NCBI GenBank assembly: GCA_963663405.2
Contig: CAXXSM010000053.1
Coordinates: forward strand, 64,001 to 128,000
DNA length: 64,000 bases
From: a bacterium
Lineage (GTDB): Bacteria > Hinthialibacterota > Hinthialibacteria > Hinthialibacterales > Hinthialibacteraceae
Direction: 5' to 3'
Shown: positions 31,101-40,667 of the stretch, one piece after another
Layout of the letters: each line of letters starts with the position of its first letter
How positions within the stretch are numbered: position 1 is the stretch's first letter
Translations under genes and position numbers: made by a program
The notes under the pieces: generated by a model
Databases searched by the model: none
Told to the model about the DNA's origin: nothing
Seen by the model: the letters and a program-made list of their open reading frames with translations, nothing else

Positions 31101-31197
31101 GATGGAAGCGTCTTCGGAAGAGAATACCCCTTTGGAAGATGAGAGTCCTTCCACTCCGGATATTTCCTCTTCAACCAAAACCGGAGAAGATGGTTAA
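28114..31197 (+). CDS. O-antigen ligase/O-oligosaccharyltransferase-like (Wzy_C) membrane protein with TPRs
   Basis: MGNENY, R....DA.I...PITGIGAGNF, AHNDHL..AVEYGVFG and multiple TPRs (AHNNLG, AHYNLG). Confidence 0.82.
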   Translation: MNTSPAQKVQLTPLTVWERLAYLFGRMIVLFAMFYIPLIFYTLTWRHFAIPKMASFQFLTMLLIVCWIIVACSRRFVRSALATPAAFFFVVIMLTSLVAVNLAEAWETVIFTGACLTVMVLTPKFFTRLRDFEVVVFLLGILCIFVDIYALGQWFNWEYLFSVFDQFGLQKFTHKPVASMGNENYLGEFLNMGLPICLCMIFCHWRKPMELIFYSFVTLLNAVTMLYIDCNASYMGFLFSVPIVLILLAFFKVIPWIERSGFFNASRESLEKTFRHIVVLGILALAILATILASTDNRYRKNMATMASWVDVNGDNRPDGVPPIVFRLQCMDATIRCIRDVPITGIGAGNFKVIHPLYESQLERKVLGTETLARKAHNDHLHHAVEYGVFGLFSWYWIISTSVLAIFWSFQILRRREGAGNSTAGGFPLAEYEKGFYFYLQLGMLGAILTALISCAFGHTFILPSSAVTYWIISGVCVAAFQALHRAERKVPTLIMGVTPEAPTPAQRITRLIPGPVRYAFLFAIVLPFGAMNTYQIIGELWLRQGMILHGEDSDDRIPNYPTMFMCFQKAMQIWPYQMETYYILGRYYIDAIQEFDQAKVLIERGEEDKAIERLRMVGLTRYDREQMLREGIVALQNDIFMNPNYKWAHNNLGVLYDKHQNLTLSELAYSRVFAIDREQIFAHYNLGLGYIRRNLWKKAVERLEFARMFDPSYQDVNRYMANCFINLRDYGRAMTAADKFLSIKILERIDHLSDRYPRKTFQPILDDLEKRDLISALRKAQGMIQFQEPYLYLIYLKIAALQRNDPNGDLDLALDAIQKAELSVSAPPDQEFALEFGDIYLAKNNFGKAAEKYESFLRINPRRADVLRKLATCYLELGDYPRALRAYEPILELDANNWGHELSFARILLANNIPWADVYPHVAKAIALGTDSVREIIVKEDASSYLGPFLVQDEALRKLMGDKYLRMLNIEDKNTLEVNEAPTDATPSAQTSSAVMEASSEENTPLEDESPSTPDISSSTKTGEDG

Positions 31198-31249
31198 GCG
31201 TATCGTTGCGTCTTCTTTCCCACCTTCGAACCGTTTATAATTATGCGCT

Positions 31250-32395
31250 ATGCGAATTCTATTCATTGGCCATAGTGGCTATGGCTACCCACACACACGA
31301 GTGCGCTGCTATCACTTTGCAAAAATCCTGTCGACCATGCCGGGTGTTGATACGGGTGTGTTATCTTTTCGGGATGATCTCGCCCCCCATAAATCCGAAG
31401 CGGCGATGTATGAAAATCTCCGGGACCGCGAAAAATTGGTCCTAACGGTAAAAGCCCTTCGAAGACTGGTTCAGGAACGAAATACGATTTTCTATATCCA
31501 AAAAGCCCATTTCCACGCCGCCGCTCCCTTTTTTCTCCATCGAATGGGTTTGGCTCCCCGATATATTTTCGATTACGATGATTACGACATTCCTCTTTCG
31601 AATTTTTTTGGCCGGGGCATACTCAACCGAATTTTTTTTGGATCGAACCGCTGGGATGAGATCACTTATCTCCTCGCCCGAAACGCGCGGGGATGTGTCG
31701 CGGCCAGTCATGAATTGTACGGATTTCTCCAAAAATATAACGAACAAGTCGCCTATATCCCGACGGGAGTAGATGATACGGCGTTTTCCCCTGGAGATCG
31801 GACGAAACGGCAAGGACCGCTCACATTTCTATGGAATGGACTGGTGTGGGGCGAGCCGATTCTAAACAATGTGCTTTTCCTTCTTCGCGCTTATAATACT
31901 GTCGTTTCCTCAATGCCGGACACACGGCTTCTCCTAACGGGTGGGGGCGCTGAATGGCAAACATTGAAGGATCGCGCCGCGTCGGAATTTTCGCATCTGC
32001 CGGTCGAGTTCCGGGAATGGATCAAACCCGAAGAGATGCCCAACCTCTTGCGCAGCGTGGATATTGGCCTCTTGCCAGTAGAGGGGGATGATGAATGGTT
32101 GCGCTCGAAAAGCCCGACAAAGCTGTTTGAATATCTCGCGTCGGGTTTGCCGGTCGTCGCGACAGCTGTGGGAGAGGTTTCGCATGTGATCGACCATCTC
32201 GAATCCGGTTATTTGGCGCGCGAAGAAAAAGAATTTGGGGAAGGCATGCTTCGCCTGGCCCGGAATCCCTCCATGCGTGAACAAATGGGTGAACAGGCGC
32301 GTCAATTGGCGGTCGATCAATATTCGCTCCCCGTCTTGGGAGAACGTCTTTATCTATTCCTCAAAGAACTCTTCGGTGAACCGGTTGCAAAATAA
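31250..32395 (+). CDS. Glycosyltransferase family 4
   Basis: IPTGVD, DIGLLP, KSPTKLFEYLASGLPVVAT..GE. Confidence 0.9.
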   Translation: MRILFIGHSGYGYPHTRVRCYHFAKILSTMPGVDTGVLSFRDDLAPHKSEAAMYENLRDREKLVLTVKALRRLVQERNTIFYIQKAHFHAAAPFFLHRMGLAPRYIFDYDDYDIPLSNFFGRGILNRIFFGSNRWDEITYLLARNARGCVAASHELYGFLQKYNEQVAYIPTGVDDTAFSPGDRTKRQGPLTFLWNGLVWGEPILNNVLFLLRAYNTVVSSMPDTRLLLTGGGAEWQTLKDRAASEFSHLPVEFREWIKPEEMPNLLRSVDIGLLPVEGDDEWLRSKSPTKLFEYLASGLPVVATAVGEVSHVIDHLESGYLAREEKEFGEGMLRLARNPSMREQMGEQARQLAVDQYSLPVLGERLYLFLKELFGEPVAK

Positions 32396-32608
32396 TGATA
32401 TACTGTCACCCGAAGATATTGTGGTTACATTCGTATCTACAATGAATTATGCGTTGCGTTTCATCATACGGGAACTTGATTCCCCATTTTCATTTACAGA
32501 TGTGATCTCAAATCATAATGGTTCATATTTATCATAGTATTTCAATATTGTTCTCTGCTGATCCGTCTCTATCTATAAAGAATAGGAGACCGATCCGGGA
32601 GGAAATCC

Positions 32609-34657
32609 ATGATGATCAATCTTTTTTCTAAACCAATTCAAAACAAACCGATCTGCTTCCTGTTTTGTGTGGGAATGCTTTGTATCGTCTTTTTCGCATC
32701 CGGTTGCCGGTCCACGCAGACCGTGGAACGCCCTGCGCCCCAGGTATTCGAATCGGAACCTACGCCGGAAACCCGACCGATTGAAACCAATACGATTACG
32801 AAAACACCCTTTCCAACCAATTCGATTAAAGTACAGGACGTGTCTTCTATCTCGTCTATTCAGCAAAGAATACCGGATGTGGAATTGGGTTGGATTGTAA
32901 CCCGTCCAGACAGGGAAGGCGCGCTGAGAGTTTTAACCAGGGCGGTTGATTATCAAGTCACCCATATCCAAGCCGGTGGAGAGATTTTTTCTTCTGTGGA
33001 CGAATTGATCCTTGATCCAAAGAAACAGGAATTTGTTCGCTTTCTCGCGCAACGGGCCAAAGCGCTTGGATTATCCTTTTACGCGCAGGCCCACGAATTG
33101 AACCTGGAAGGAACGAACTTTCCGTTTCATTGGTCCGCCCCGTTAGTCGCCGCGCGTCAGGCGGCGTATCGCACGGCGCTGAATATCATCCCGGAAATTG
33201 ACGGCGTCGTGTTGATCTTGAAAGGAAGTCTTTTAGAGCCTTGGAACGCCGGTATCCCCGATGGACAGCCATTCCTTTCTGAAATTGAACGGATCGAATT
33301 CGTGATTGAAATGGTCCGCGCCGAAGTCGTCGATCGAATGGGAAAACGCCTTCTGCTCCGCGCCGTAGATACTACACCCCAGCAAACATCATGGATCGCG
33401 GAAGCGTTGAAACGGATTCCCGATCGAGATGTTACTGTGATTGCGCGCGCTTCCATGAGTGATCCAACAGCGCCCAACGTTTCCCCTGTCATGACCGGCG
33501 CCAAATCACGGTTGCTTGAATTTAAACTGACAGGCGCGGGGGAATTGGGAGCCGGTTATACACCCGAAACCATCGCCCAAACGTGGCGCAACAATCAAAC
33601 TCTCCAAACACGCGGCGCCGTGACGGAGATGGATGGAGCGTCGTTCCTCGGAGACGATCCACTTGGAGCCGTCAATCAGTTTGCTCTTTCTAAAATTATA
33701 TTTGAAGAGGGGGGGCCCGATTGGATCTGGGAGGAGTGGATCCAAAAGCAATTCGGTATGATGCCCTCTACTTCGGATGGATATCGATTGAAACGTTTGC
33801 TTCAGAATACCGCCCAATACGCCCGAAACCTCACTCTTGTCAAAGGAATCCGTGTGTTTGACACGGATGGAATACAAGTGGCTGATGGAATACAAGTGGC
33901 TGAAAACAGCGGCGCCTCTAGTGATTTACAACCGGTATACCAATATATTCGCGATGAATTGAACGCTCCCAGCAAACAAACCTTAATCGATCTCGCCCAA
34001 GAATCCTATGAAGCGCGCGAGGCGATCGATCGAGCGTGGAAAGACTTATACGAAATGCGTCAAATCCTGCCGCCTCCCGCGTATTCGGGATTCCAACGCT
34101 GGCTTGAAGAGTTGAAACTCGCGGCGGACGCGTATTTTTATGTCAAACAGTGCATGTGGGGTTTCATGCTATGGCGGCGAACGGGCGCCGATGAGGAAGC
34201 GCTGTTCTTGGAAGCGCATCTGCAGCGTTTAGAGCATATCGCAAACAGTCTTCACGAGCGGGATGGAAATCGGTCCGGTTCCTTACGCGCGGAAGATATC
34301 AGCGCGTTGATCGCTAATGTGCGCCGGGAATTTCCGAGAGTCCTTCTCGGAGCGCGGGAACGGGATTGGAACCGGTTGAAAAACATCACGGCCCGGCAAG
34401 CTGGTGAAACGCGGGTGGAGATCCGCTGGGAAAGTGAAAAGCCATCCACCTCACGCGCGTTCGCTTCACTGCGGGGACCCGTCTTCGATATCATTCGTCA
34501 GGGGGAAAGATTCCCAAACACACAACATCGAGTCATCCTAGATGGCTTACAACCCGGCGCCGCCTATCTCTTTAAAGTCCAATGTGTTGCGGAAAATGGG
34601 GAAACAACCAATTCCGGCGCTTTTGTCTTTCAATTGGAACCGGGAACACCAATCTGA
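32609..34657 (+). CDS. Large lipoprotein with a C-terminal FN3/purple-acid-phosphatase-N-like domain
   Basis: Lipobox FASG|C and a P/T-rich linker. C-terminal VEIRWES..PSTS...HRVILDGLQPG..Y.FKV. Confidence 0.7.
   Translation: MMINLFSKPIQNKPICFLFCVGMLCIVFFASGCRSTQTVERPAPQVFESEPTPETRPIETNTITKTPFPTNSIKVQDVSSISSIQQRIPDVELGWIVTRPDREGALRVLTRAVDYQVTHIQAGGEIFSSVDELILDPKKQEFVRFLAQRAKALGLSFYAQAHELNLEGTNFPFHWSAPLVAARQAAYRTALNIIPEIDGVVLILKGSLLEPWNAGIPDGQPFLSEIERIEFVIEMVRAEVVDRMGKRLLLRAVDTTPQQTSWIAEALKRIPDRDVTVIARASMSDPTAPNVSPVMTGAKSRLLEFKLTGAGELGAGYTPETIAQTWRNNQTLQTRGAVTEMDGASFLGDDPLGAVNQFALSKIIFEEGGPDWIWEEWIQKQFGMMPSTSDGYRLKRLLQNTAQYARNLTLVKGIRVFDTDGIQVADGIQVAENSGASSDLQPVYQYIRDELNAPSKQTLIDLAQESYEAREAIDRAWKDLYEMRQILPPPAYSGFQRWLEELKLAADAYFYVKQCMWGFMLWRRTGADEEALFLEAHLQRLEHIANSLHERDGNRSGSLRAEDISALIANVRREFPRVLLGARERDWNRLKNITARQAGETRVEIRWESEKPSTSRAFASLRGPVFDIIRQGERFPNTQHRVILDGLQPGAAYLFKVQCVAENGETTNSGAFVFQLEPGTPI
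33866..33901 (+). repeat. Perfect 18-bp in-frame tandem duplication
   Basis: GATGGAATACAAGTGGCT twice, encoding DGIQVA DGIQVA. Confidence 0.9.
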
Positions 34658-34799
34658 GTTTGTGGGGCTAGACAAAGCCGAATGATGTTATTATTTTATT
34701 GACTTTATAGTAATTTTTGTTTTGAATGTTTCTTATCTAGAAACAAGTTTTCCAATATTTGATAGGGGAAGTACTAATTCCTTGTGGGAGGTTATTATA

Positions 34800-35468
34800 A
34801 TGAAAAAAGGTTTTACCTTAATCGAACTATTGATTGTTGTCGCCATTATCGGTATTTTGGCGGCGATCGCCGTGCCGAATTTTCTGAATGCGCAAATTCG
34901 GGCCAAGATCGCACGGTGTTTGGCGGATATGAAATCCATGAATACCGCTGTTTCAGAACTGCAATTGGATACTAACCATCTTCCAATAGATGGGTGGGAT
35001 GACGATAATGAATCTGGGCGGAAAATCCTTAGGGAGATTTTCAATGGCGTAGGTGATTTTCCCGAGGCGGAGCGAAAAACGTCACATTATCTGGCGGTTT
35101 TGACCAGCCCGGTTTCTTACATGTCTTCCGTGCCGATTGATCCATTTATCAGTCAGGCAAAAATGGAAAGTGAATATGGTTTCGGCAGTCCTTACGATAC
35201 CTATATTTACGCAGACGTCGATCCACATATCACAGAAGATCCGCGCAATCAAGGCATTCAATGCCTCAATCCAGGGACGCTGGCCGAGCTATACCATGTA
35301 AGGCCTCTTCGCGTGAATGAATGGGCTTTCATTGGGGTGGGACCGGATGGCTCGGCGGGTATTGGAACTGGAACGGCGGACTCCCGCGGATTCCCGTACA
35401 ATTCTTCCAATGGTCTCGTCAGTTTGGGTGACATTGTTCTCACCAGTGGAGGTGTTGTAGGGAACTAA
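34800..35468 (+). CDS. Prepilin-type N-terminal cleavage/methylation protein (paralog of 13567..14124)
   Basis: MKKG|FTLIELLIVVAIIGILAAIAVP. ATG at 34800 after GGAGG. Confidence 0.9.
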   Translation: MKKGFTLIELLIVVAIIGILAAIAVPNFLNAQIRAKIARCLADMKSMNTAVSELQLDTNHLPIDGWDDDNESGRKILREIFNGVGDFPEAERKTSHYLAVLTSPVSYMSSVPIDPFISQAKMESEYGFGSPYDTYIYADVDPHITEDPRNQGIQCLNPGTLAELYHVRPLRVNEWAFIGVGPDGSAGIGTGTADSRGFPYNSSNGLVSLGDIVLTSGGVVGN

Positions 35469-35628
35469 AACGAGCTCGTTTTGTAAATCAAATCAGAATC
35501 AACATGTTTTGATTATTTCTATATATATGAAAATGAGTCTCTATAACTATCTCATTCGCAATCACTTCCGCGACTCATTTTAATTTGCCGATTGTGATTT
35601 CAATTATACAGGTTAATATAGATATAAC

Positions 35629-35657
35629 GAAAGAGACGCGCATTTCGCGTCTCTTTC
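35629..35657. terminator. Bidirectional intrinsic terminator
   Basis: 12-bp stem GAAAGAGACGCG-CATTT-CGCGTCTCTTTC between convergent genes. Confidence 0.8.
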
Positions 35658-35697
35658 TTATTCAGTTCTCATGATTGTTTTAACTGATCATACATAA

Positions 35698-38463
35698 CTA
35701 TTGTTTCTTCAATAACTTCCCCAATCCTTTGGGTACGAGATCCAAAGGTGATTTGGGTTGCGTTTTTGCCGAAGTCGAGGATTGGACTTCCGGGGTCGCG
35801 CTGGCGCTTGTTTTATTTTTCCCCAAACCAGGAATCAGATTGTCTATTCCTTTCAATCCTGCTTTTTCTAATCCTGTATTGATTAAAGTGGATTGAAGAG
35901 CGGACGTCAGCGCTTTTTGATCCGGCAGCACTCGCACCGATGACAAAGCGCCTCTCCAGGAGAGTGGTATCGCGACTTGGCCTTGATCATTCGTTAGGTA
36001 ACGGAATTCCTTCACCCGCTGAATCAAGTCAGTGGACATCGTCTTCGATAGATTAAACACACCGCTTCCGGTGAGTTCCTGTTTGGCCGAGATCAGCCCA
36101 TCCCCATTCAACGCCCAATCCGCCGCGGTGAGAAGTAATTCGGTAAGTTGTATGTCGCCTTGCTTGATATTAAGACTCGCTTTGAAGAGATCGAATGCGG
36201 TTTGTTCTGAGGCGAAAACAGTTGGATATTGCTTCTCAAGATCCGCTGTGAGGAAGTTGGAAAGCATAGGAAGTTGGACGATACTCTTCATCGTCTCACT
36301 GGCGACATTGGTGTCTAACATCACACCGTCCAGAATCTCGGCTTTCGCCATCCCCGCCAACGTTTTTTGAATCGATTCCCATTCCGATCCCGCGCCGCTG
36401 ATATTTCCATCAAAGTTCAAATGGCCCTTCATTTCCTTTGGGATAAAAGAGAACTGCGTTCGCAGCAGGGCGGCTAGATCGATATTCTTGACCTGGGTGG
36501 AGACATCAAACTTGGGTGTTTCCGGTTCCTGTAAATTATAAGTCAACGTCCCTTCTATCGTTCCATCCATCGTTTGCAGAGCGAGATCGCGCACGTTCAA
36601 GATTTGATCGGCGAACTCGTACGTGGCTTTCAAATCGGTATAGGCCGCGTTGTGCAAAACGCCTTTTTTTGATGCGATCGTCCCTTTCGATGTGATGGAT
36701 TCTTTCACAAGCGCGAAATTCCCTTGGCATTGAAAATCGTTCAATGCGCCAGGATCGGCGGCGTCTTCACCCGCGTCATACAGATCCTTTAGATGCAGCG
36801 TGGAGGATTGAACAGTAAACACGCCATTCAAGGGATCCAATTTTCTGACCTGCGCGGTCAGATTCACTTTCGATTGCCCCAACGACAGAGACGCCTCTTT
36901 CATGGAAACTGTATTTAGCGTGAAATCCACGTTCCCCGTCAAATCCGTAATGGGGGAAGGCAGTTGAGGCGCTTCCGCGCGCACTTTGTTAAACACAAGC
37001 GCGCCCGTGACGGTGAGTGGTTTCGCTCCTTGTTGGATTTGCGCTGTAAGAGAAACTGGTCCCGATGGTTTGTAGGTCTTTAAGAGAGGAACAAGTTCCG
37101 GAATCGAAGATGTCTCAATCGCTGGAGATTCGAGAGATAGGTTCATCGAAAACGCTTTCTCAAATCCAATGTCTCCCTTACCCTTTAGCGCCAAATCGTG
37201 GACTTTCAAATCCACGTTCTCGATAGCCAGTTTATTTTCAGTTAGATTGGAATTCATCTTAATGGTCAGGGGCATTCCCGCAGGTTTTTGGAAGAGATCC
37301 TTCATCTCCAACGATGTATCCTTGCCATCCAACTCCCCAGTTACCTGAATCTTTCCAAGAGTTCCCTCGGCGCTAATGACTCCACTAAGAGATCCACCCG
37401 CCGAGAGATTCTCCGGAATAGAATCGCTGAGGAGTGGATTCTTTTTCAACGCCTCCAGTGGAATCGCCTTCAACGCCAATTTCAAATGAGCGCCGGTTTT
37501 ACTCCAATCCGCTCCTACCGGTCCCACATCTCCCGTGATGGTGATATTAGGAGTTTTCGATTGAAAGAAATTTCCACTGACCTCAATTGTAGGCAGGGTC
37601 AATTCCATAGAATTTCCAGAAAAAGCGGCGTTGAATTTCGCTGTTTCAGGCAGGGGAATCCCTTCAGGAAGCGCCGTTTTGATGAATGGGAAGGCAGCCG
37701 TTATCTTTCCAACAGAGAGTGGATCAATCGTGATCTCTCCATCCAGTGGGATCGGACCGGTATCCGTCAATGGGCCGATTTTCCCTTCCATCGATATGTT
37801 TTGCCGTTCAGATAACACCGCGCACGAAACTTGGATTGTGAAAGGCCGGTCCGGCTGGAAATCTTTGATATTCAGGTCGGCTTGTTCGATATCCAATTTG
37901 CCATTGTCTTTAAGATCGCGAACGTGTAACGCGCCATTCTTGACCCGGAAGAGAGAAAGAGAAAGCGATTGACTGCTTTTCGAAGAGGAGACGTCTTTAT
38001 TGTCTCCTTCGGCAGGCGCCGCGCCCTCGTCCTTCTCCCCGGATAGGGATTCTCCTAATGCGATCAGATTCCAATTCCCCTCCTGATTACGAACTATATT
38101 GATTACCGGTTCGTTCAAGATTAATTGTGAAATCTCTATCTGTTTCCGAAGCAAAGGCCATAATTTCAAGTGAACAAGCAGTTCTTTCGCTTCAAGCAGA
38201 TTCTCTTTGGAGAATTGAGGATCGTCCGCCACGGAGACCTTGGTGAGCTGCACGCCGATTCCACCGAGGAAATTCACATCCAATTCTTCGGCGGCCACCT
38301 CACGCCCCACCGCTGTCTCCACCTGCGCGAGGATCAAGTCTTTGTTGGCTTTGATAATGCTTCCGAGATTAAAATACACAATAGCGAGTGTGACGCCAAA
38401 GAGAGCCGCCACGATATAAATTATGATTCGGGTACGTTTTCCAAAGAATTTGAATTTCATCAT
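35698..38463 (-). CDS. AsmA family protein
   Basis: N-terminal TM anchor, AVGREV, LWPLL..QIEI..LILNEP.INI.R...G.WN and a long beta-rich body. Confidence 0.85.
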   Translation of the reverse strand: MMKFKFFGKRTRIIIYIVAALFGVTLAIVYFNLGSIIKANKDLILAQVETAVGREVAAEELDVNFLGGIGVQLTKVSVADDPQFSKENLLEAKELLVHLKLWPLLRKQIEISQLILNEPVINIVRNQEGNWNLIALGESLSGEKDEGAAPAEGDNKDVSSSKSSQSLSLSLFRVKNGALHVRDLKDNGKLDIEQADLNIKDFQPDRPFTIQVSCAVLSERQNISMEGKIGPLTDTGPIPLDGEITIDPLSVGKITAAFPFIKTALPEGIPLPETAKFNAAFSGNSMELTLPTIEVSGNFFQSKTPNITITGDVGPVGADWSKTGAHLKLALKAIPLEALKKNPLLSDSIPENLSAGGSLSGVISAEGTLGKIQVTGELDGKDTSLEMKDLFQKPAGMPLTIKMNSNLTENKLAIENVDLKVHDLALKGKGDIGFEKAFSMNLSLESPAIETSSIPELVPLLKTYKPSGPVSLTAQIQQGAKPLTVTGALVFNKVRAEAPQLPSPITDLTGNVDFTLNTVSMKEASLSLGQSKVNLTAQVRKLDPLNGVFTVQSSTLHLKDLYDAGEDAADPGALNDFQCQGNFALVKESITSKGTIASKKGVLHNAAYTDLKATYEFADQILNVRDLALQTMDGTIEGTLTYNLQEPETPKFDVSTQVKNIDLAALLRTQFSFIPKEMKGHLNFDGNISGAGSEWESIQKTLAGMAKAEILDGVMLDTNVASETMKSIVQLPMLSNFLTADLEKQYPTVFASEQTAFDLFKASLNIKQGDIQLTELLLTAADWALNGDGLISAKQELTGSGVFNLSKTMSTDLIQRVKEFRYLTNDQGQVAIPLSWRGALSSVRVLPDQKALTSALQSTLINTGLEKAGLKGIDNLIPGLGKNKTSASATPEVQSSTSAKTQPKSPLDLVPKGLGKLLKKQ

Positions 38464-38616
38464 CCGCTCCTGAATGCTTGAATGACTTCTGAATGCTGCA
38501 ACTACTAATTATAAGTGTTCGGCGCGTGAATAAAAGAAATATTTTTTCATGGGGAACCGCTTCTGGTTGATAAGGGGGTATTTGAATAGGGGAAGAATTG
38601 CTATAATGGCGCCATT

Positions 38617-39486
38617 ATGACGATACAGATACACGGCACGACAACCATTTGCGCGGTGATCGGCGATCCGGTCGCCCATTCTCTTTCTCCCTGCATGCAC
38701 AACGCGGCGTTCCAAGATAAAGGACTGGATTACGCCTACGTCGCGTTTCATGTCAAAGATGTCAAAAAAGCCGCCGCAGGAATGCTGGGCTTTCAAAACC
38801 TTAAGGGCCTATCCGTCACGATTCCCCATAAAGTGGAAATCATGAATTATCTGGATGAAATCAGCCCCCTCGCGGAAAAAATCGGCGCGGTCAACACGGT
38901 TACGAAAGAAGACGGCCGGCTCATCGGGACCAACACGGACGCCTACGGCGCGTTGCAGGCGATTGAAAGCGTCGACACAATCGATGGAAAAACCTGTGTG
39001 ATCTTAGGCGTCGGTGGCGCGGCCCGCGCGGTCGCGTTCGCTTTGGCTTGCGAGCGGAAACCGGCGGAGATCGTTTTCCTCTATCGCGCCGAAGATGAAG
39101 AGATGGCCCGTTCTCTTCTCGCGGATATGCAGCCACATACCCAGGTTCCCATTCATCGTAAAGTCATGAATGATGCAGCCCTGCAATCCACGATTCCAAA
39201 TTCCGAGATCGTGATCCATACAACACCGATCGGAATGCATCCGGATGTGGACGCCTGTCTCGTTCCGGAAAACTTGTTTTCGGAGCGGCATCTGGTTTTT
39301 GATATTATTTACAATCCAGGGAAAACCTTGTTGTTGCGGCGCGCGGAAAACCAAGGCGCCCGGATCATCAATGGGATTCCAATGTTCGTCTATCAAGGGG
39401 CGGAACAGTTCCGTATCTGGACGGGAGTGGAACCGCCCGCCGCTGTCATGGAAAAAGCCGTCAAGGACGCATTAGGACGCTCATGA
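38617..39486 (+). CDS. aroE: Shikimate dehydrogenase
   Basis: IGDPVAHSLSP.MHN, SVTIPHK, GAVNT, GTNTD, LGVGGAARA, TTPIGM, DIIYNP, QGAEQF. Confidence 0.95.
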   Translation: MTIQIHGTTTICAVIGDPVAHSLSPCMHNAAFQDKGLDYAYVAFHVKDVKKAAAGMLGFQNLKGLSVTIPHKVEIMNYLDEISPLAEKIGAVNTVTKEDGRLIGTNTDAYGALQAIESVDTIDGKTCVILGVGGAARAVAFALACERKPAEIVFLYRAEDEEMARSLLADMQPHTQVPIHRKVMNDAALQSTIPNSEIVIHTTPIGMHPDVDACLVPENLFSERHLVFDIIYNPGKTLLLRRAENQGARIINGIPMFVYQGAEQFRIWTGVEPPAAVMEKAVKDALGRS

Positions 39487-40001
39487 ATTTAGTGTTAATT
39501 GGCTATCGGGGCACGGGAAAAACAACACTCGCTGATCTTCTTCACGAACGCTTGAACCGTCCCGTTTACTTTATGGATGAAATGCTGGAAACACGGTTCG
39601 AAGAGAAAATCGCTTCGTTCGTCAAAAAGCATGGCTGGGATTCCTTCCGGGAAGAAGAACAACTTCTGACGGAAGAACTCTCGGAGATGGACGATGTAAT
39701 TATTGATTGCGGCGGGGGCATCGTTACGCGGGATATCAATATCAAGAATCTCAAGAAAAATGGCTTTCTCGTCTGGCTCCAAACGGCGCCGGAACTGATC
39801 GCGAAACGAATCGGCCATGATAAAAACCGCCCATCTCTGACTGGAACGAAATCCCATATCGAAGAGATCATGGATGTGCTTGCGGAACGGGAACCACTCT
39901 ATGATAATGCGGCGGATTTCACGGTTCGTACAGACACACAATCTCTTGAAGATTGCGTTGAGATCATTATCGAAGAGTGGAATAAACAGAACCAGCCGTA
40001 A
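39483..40001 (+). CDS. aroK: Shikimate kinase
   Basis: LIGYRGTGKT P-loop, GWDSFR..E, CGGG, RPSL, R.PLY. ATGA overlap with aroE. Confidence 0.93.
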   Translation: MNLVLIGYRGTGKTTLADLLHERLNRPVYFMDEMLETRFEEKIASFVKKHGWDSFREEEQLLTEELSEMDDVIIDCGGGIVTRDINIKNLKKNGFLVWLQTAPELIAKRIGHDKNRPSLTGTKSHIEEIMDVLAEREPLYDNAADFTVRTDTQSLEDCVEIIIEEWNKQNQP

Positions 40002-40092
40002 CGCTCAATTCGGCGCAAGGTAAGATTAATATTTAAATTGGTTAGAAGGCGCCGCTCGATTGAGTTTTTATTGTAGTGGAGAAAGAGAAAAA

Positions 40093-40404
40093 TTAGATTT
40101 TTCTGGCTCGCGCGGGGATTCCATAAAACGAGTCGATATCGGTTGAGGCGGGTCTTTTCATGCGGGAGGGAATATCTTGATCTATTACTTCATCTTTTTC
40201 TTCTGGATGCATGATTTTCATCGCATATTCCTGACCGATCAAAAATTCCTCTGGAATGTCAACCAATCCAAGTTTTTTTGGATTCTCTCCGATTAACTGG
40301 CAGATGAATCCTTCTACCCACGCGGATCCGTAATACGCGGAGTAATATAACGCCTGCCGGAGTTGATTGGTCGTCAAATGAATTTCACCAACATTTTTTC
40401 CCAT
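40093..40404 (-). CDS. Small hypothetical protein
   Basis: Probable start MGKNV at 40404 after GGGAGG. No recognised motif. Confidence 0.6.
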   Translation of the reverse strand: MGKNVGEIHLTTNQLRQALYYSAYYGSAWVEGFICQLIGENPKKLGLVDIPEEFLIGQEYAMKIMHPEEKDEVIDQDIPSRMKRPASTDIDSFYGIPARARKI

Positions 40405-40667
40405 GAAACGCCTCCCAAGAATCAATCTAGCATACAAGCAACGAGACGGCGGTAAGTTGTAATAATATTGTACTCATTATTTAACTGATGTTAATAGAAA
40501 ACGTCTTAATAAATAGATATTGAGTTTAGCATGTAATATTTTTTTACCGTCGTATCTTTCAGTAAAATCGGCTGCGTCCGGATAATATCCGGAGGATTAA
40601 AGTATTAATCAATACCATAAGATTGTATTCATTTCTAGTGGTAGAGCAAGAATTAAGACCAATCGAT

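Noticed and set aside
40577-40593. Palindrome TCCGGATAATATCCGGA with a partial match at 23290
   Set aside because: It is a single short palindrome downstream of an operon and cannot be told apart from a weak terminator or chance.
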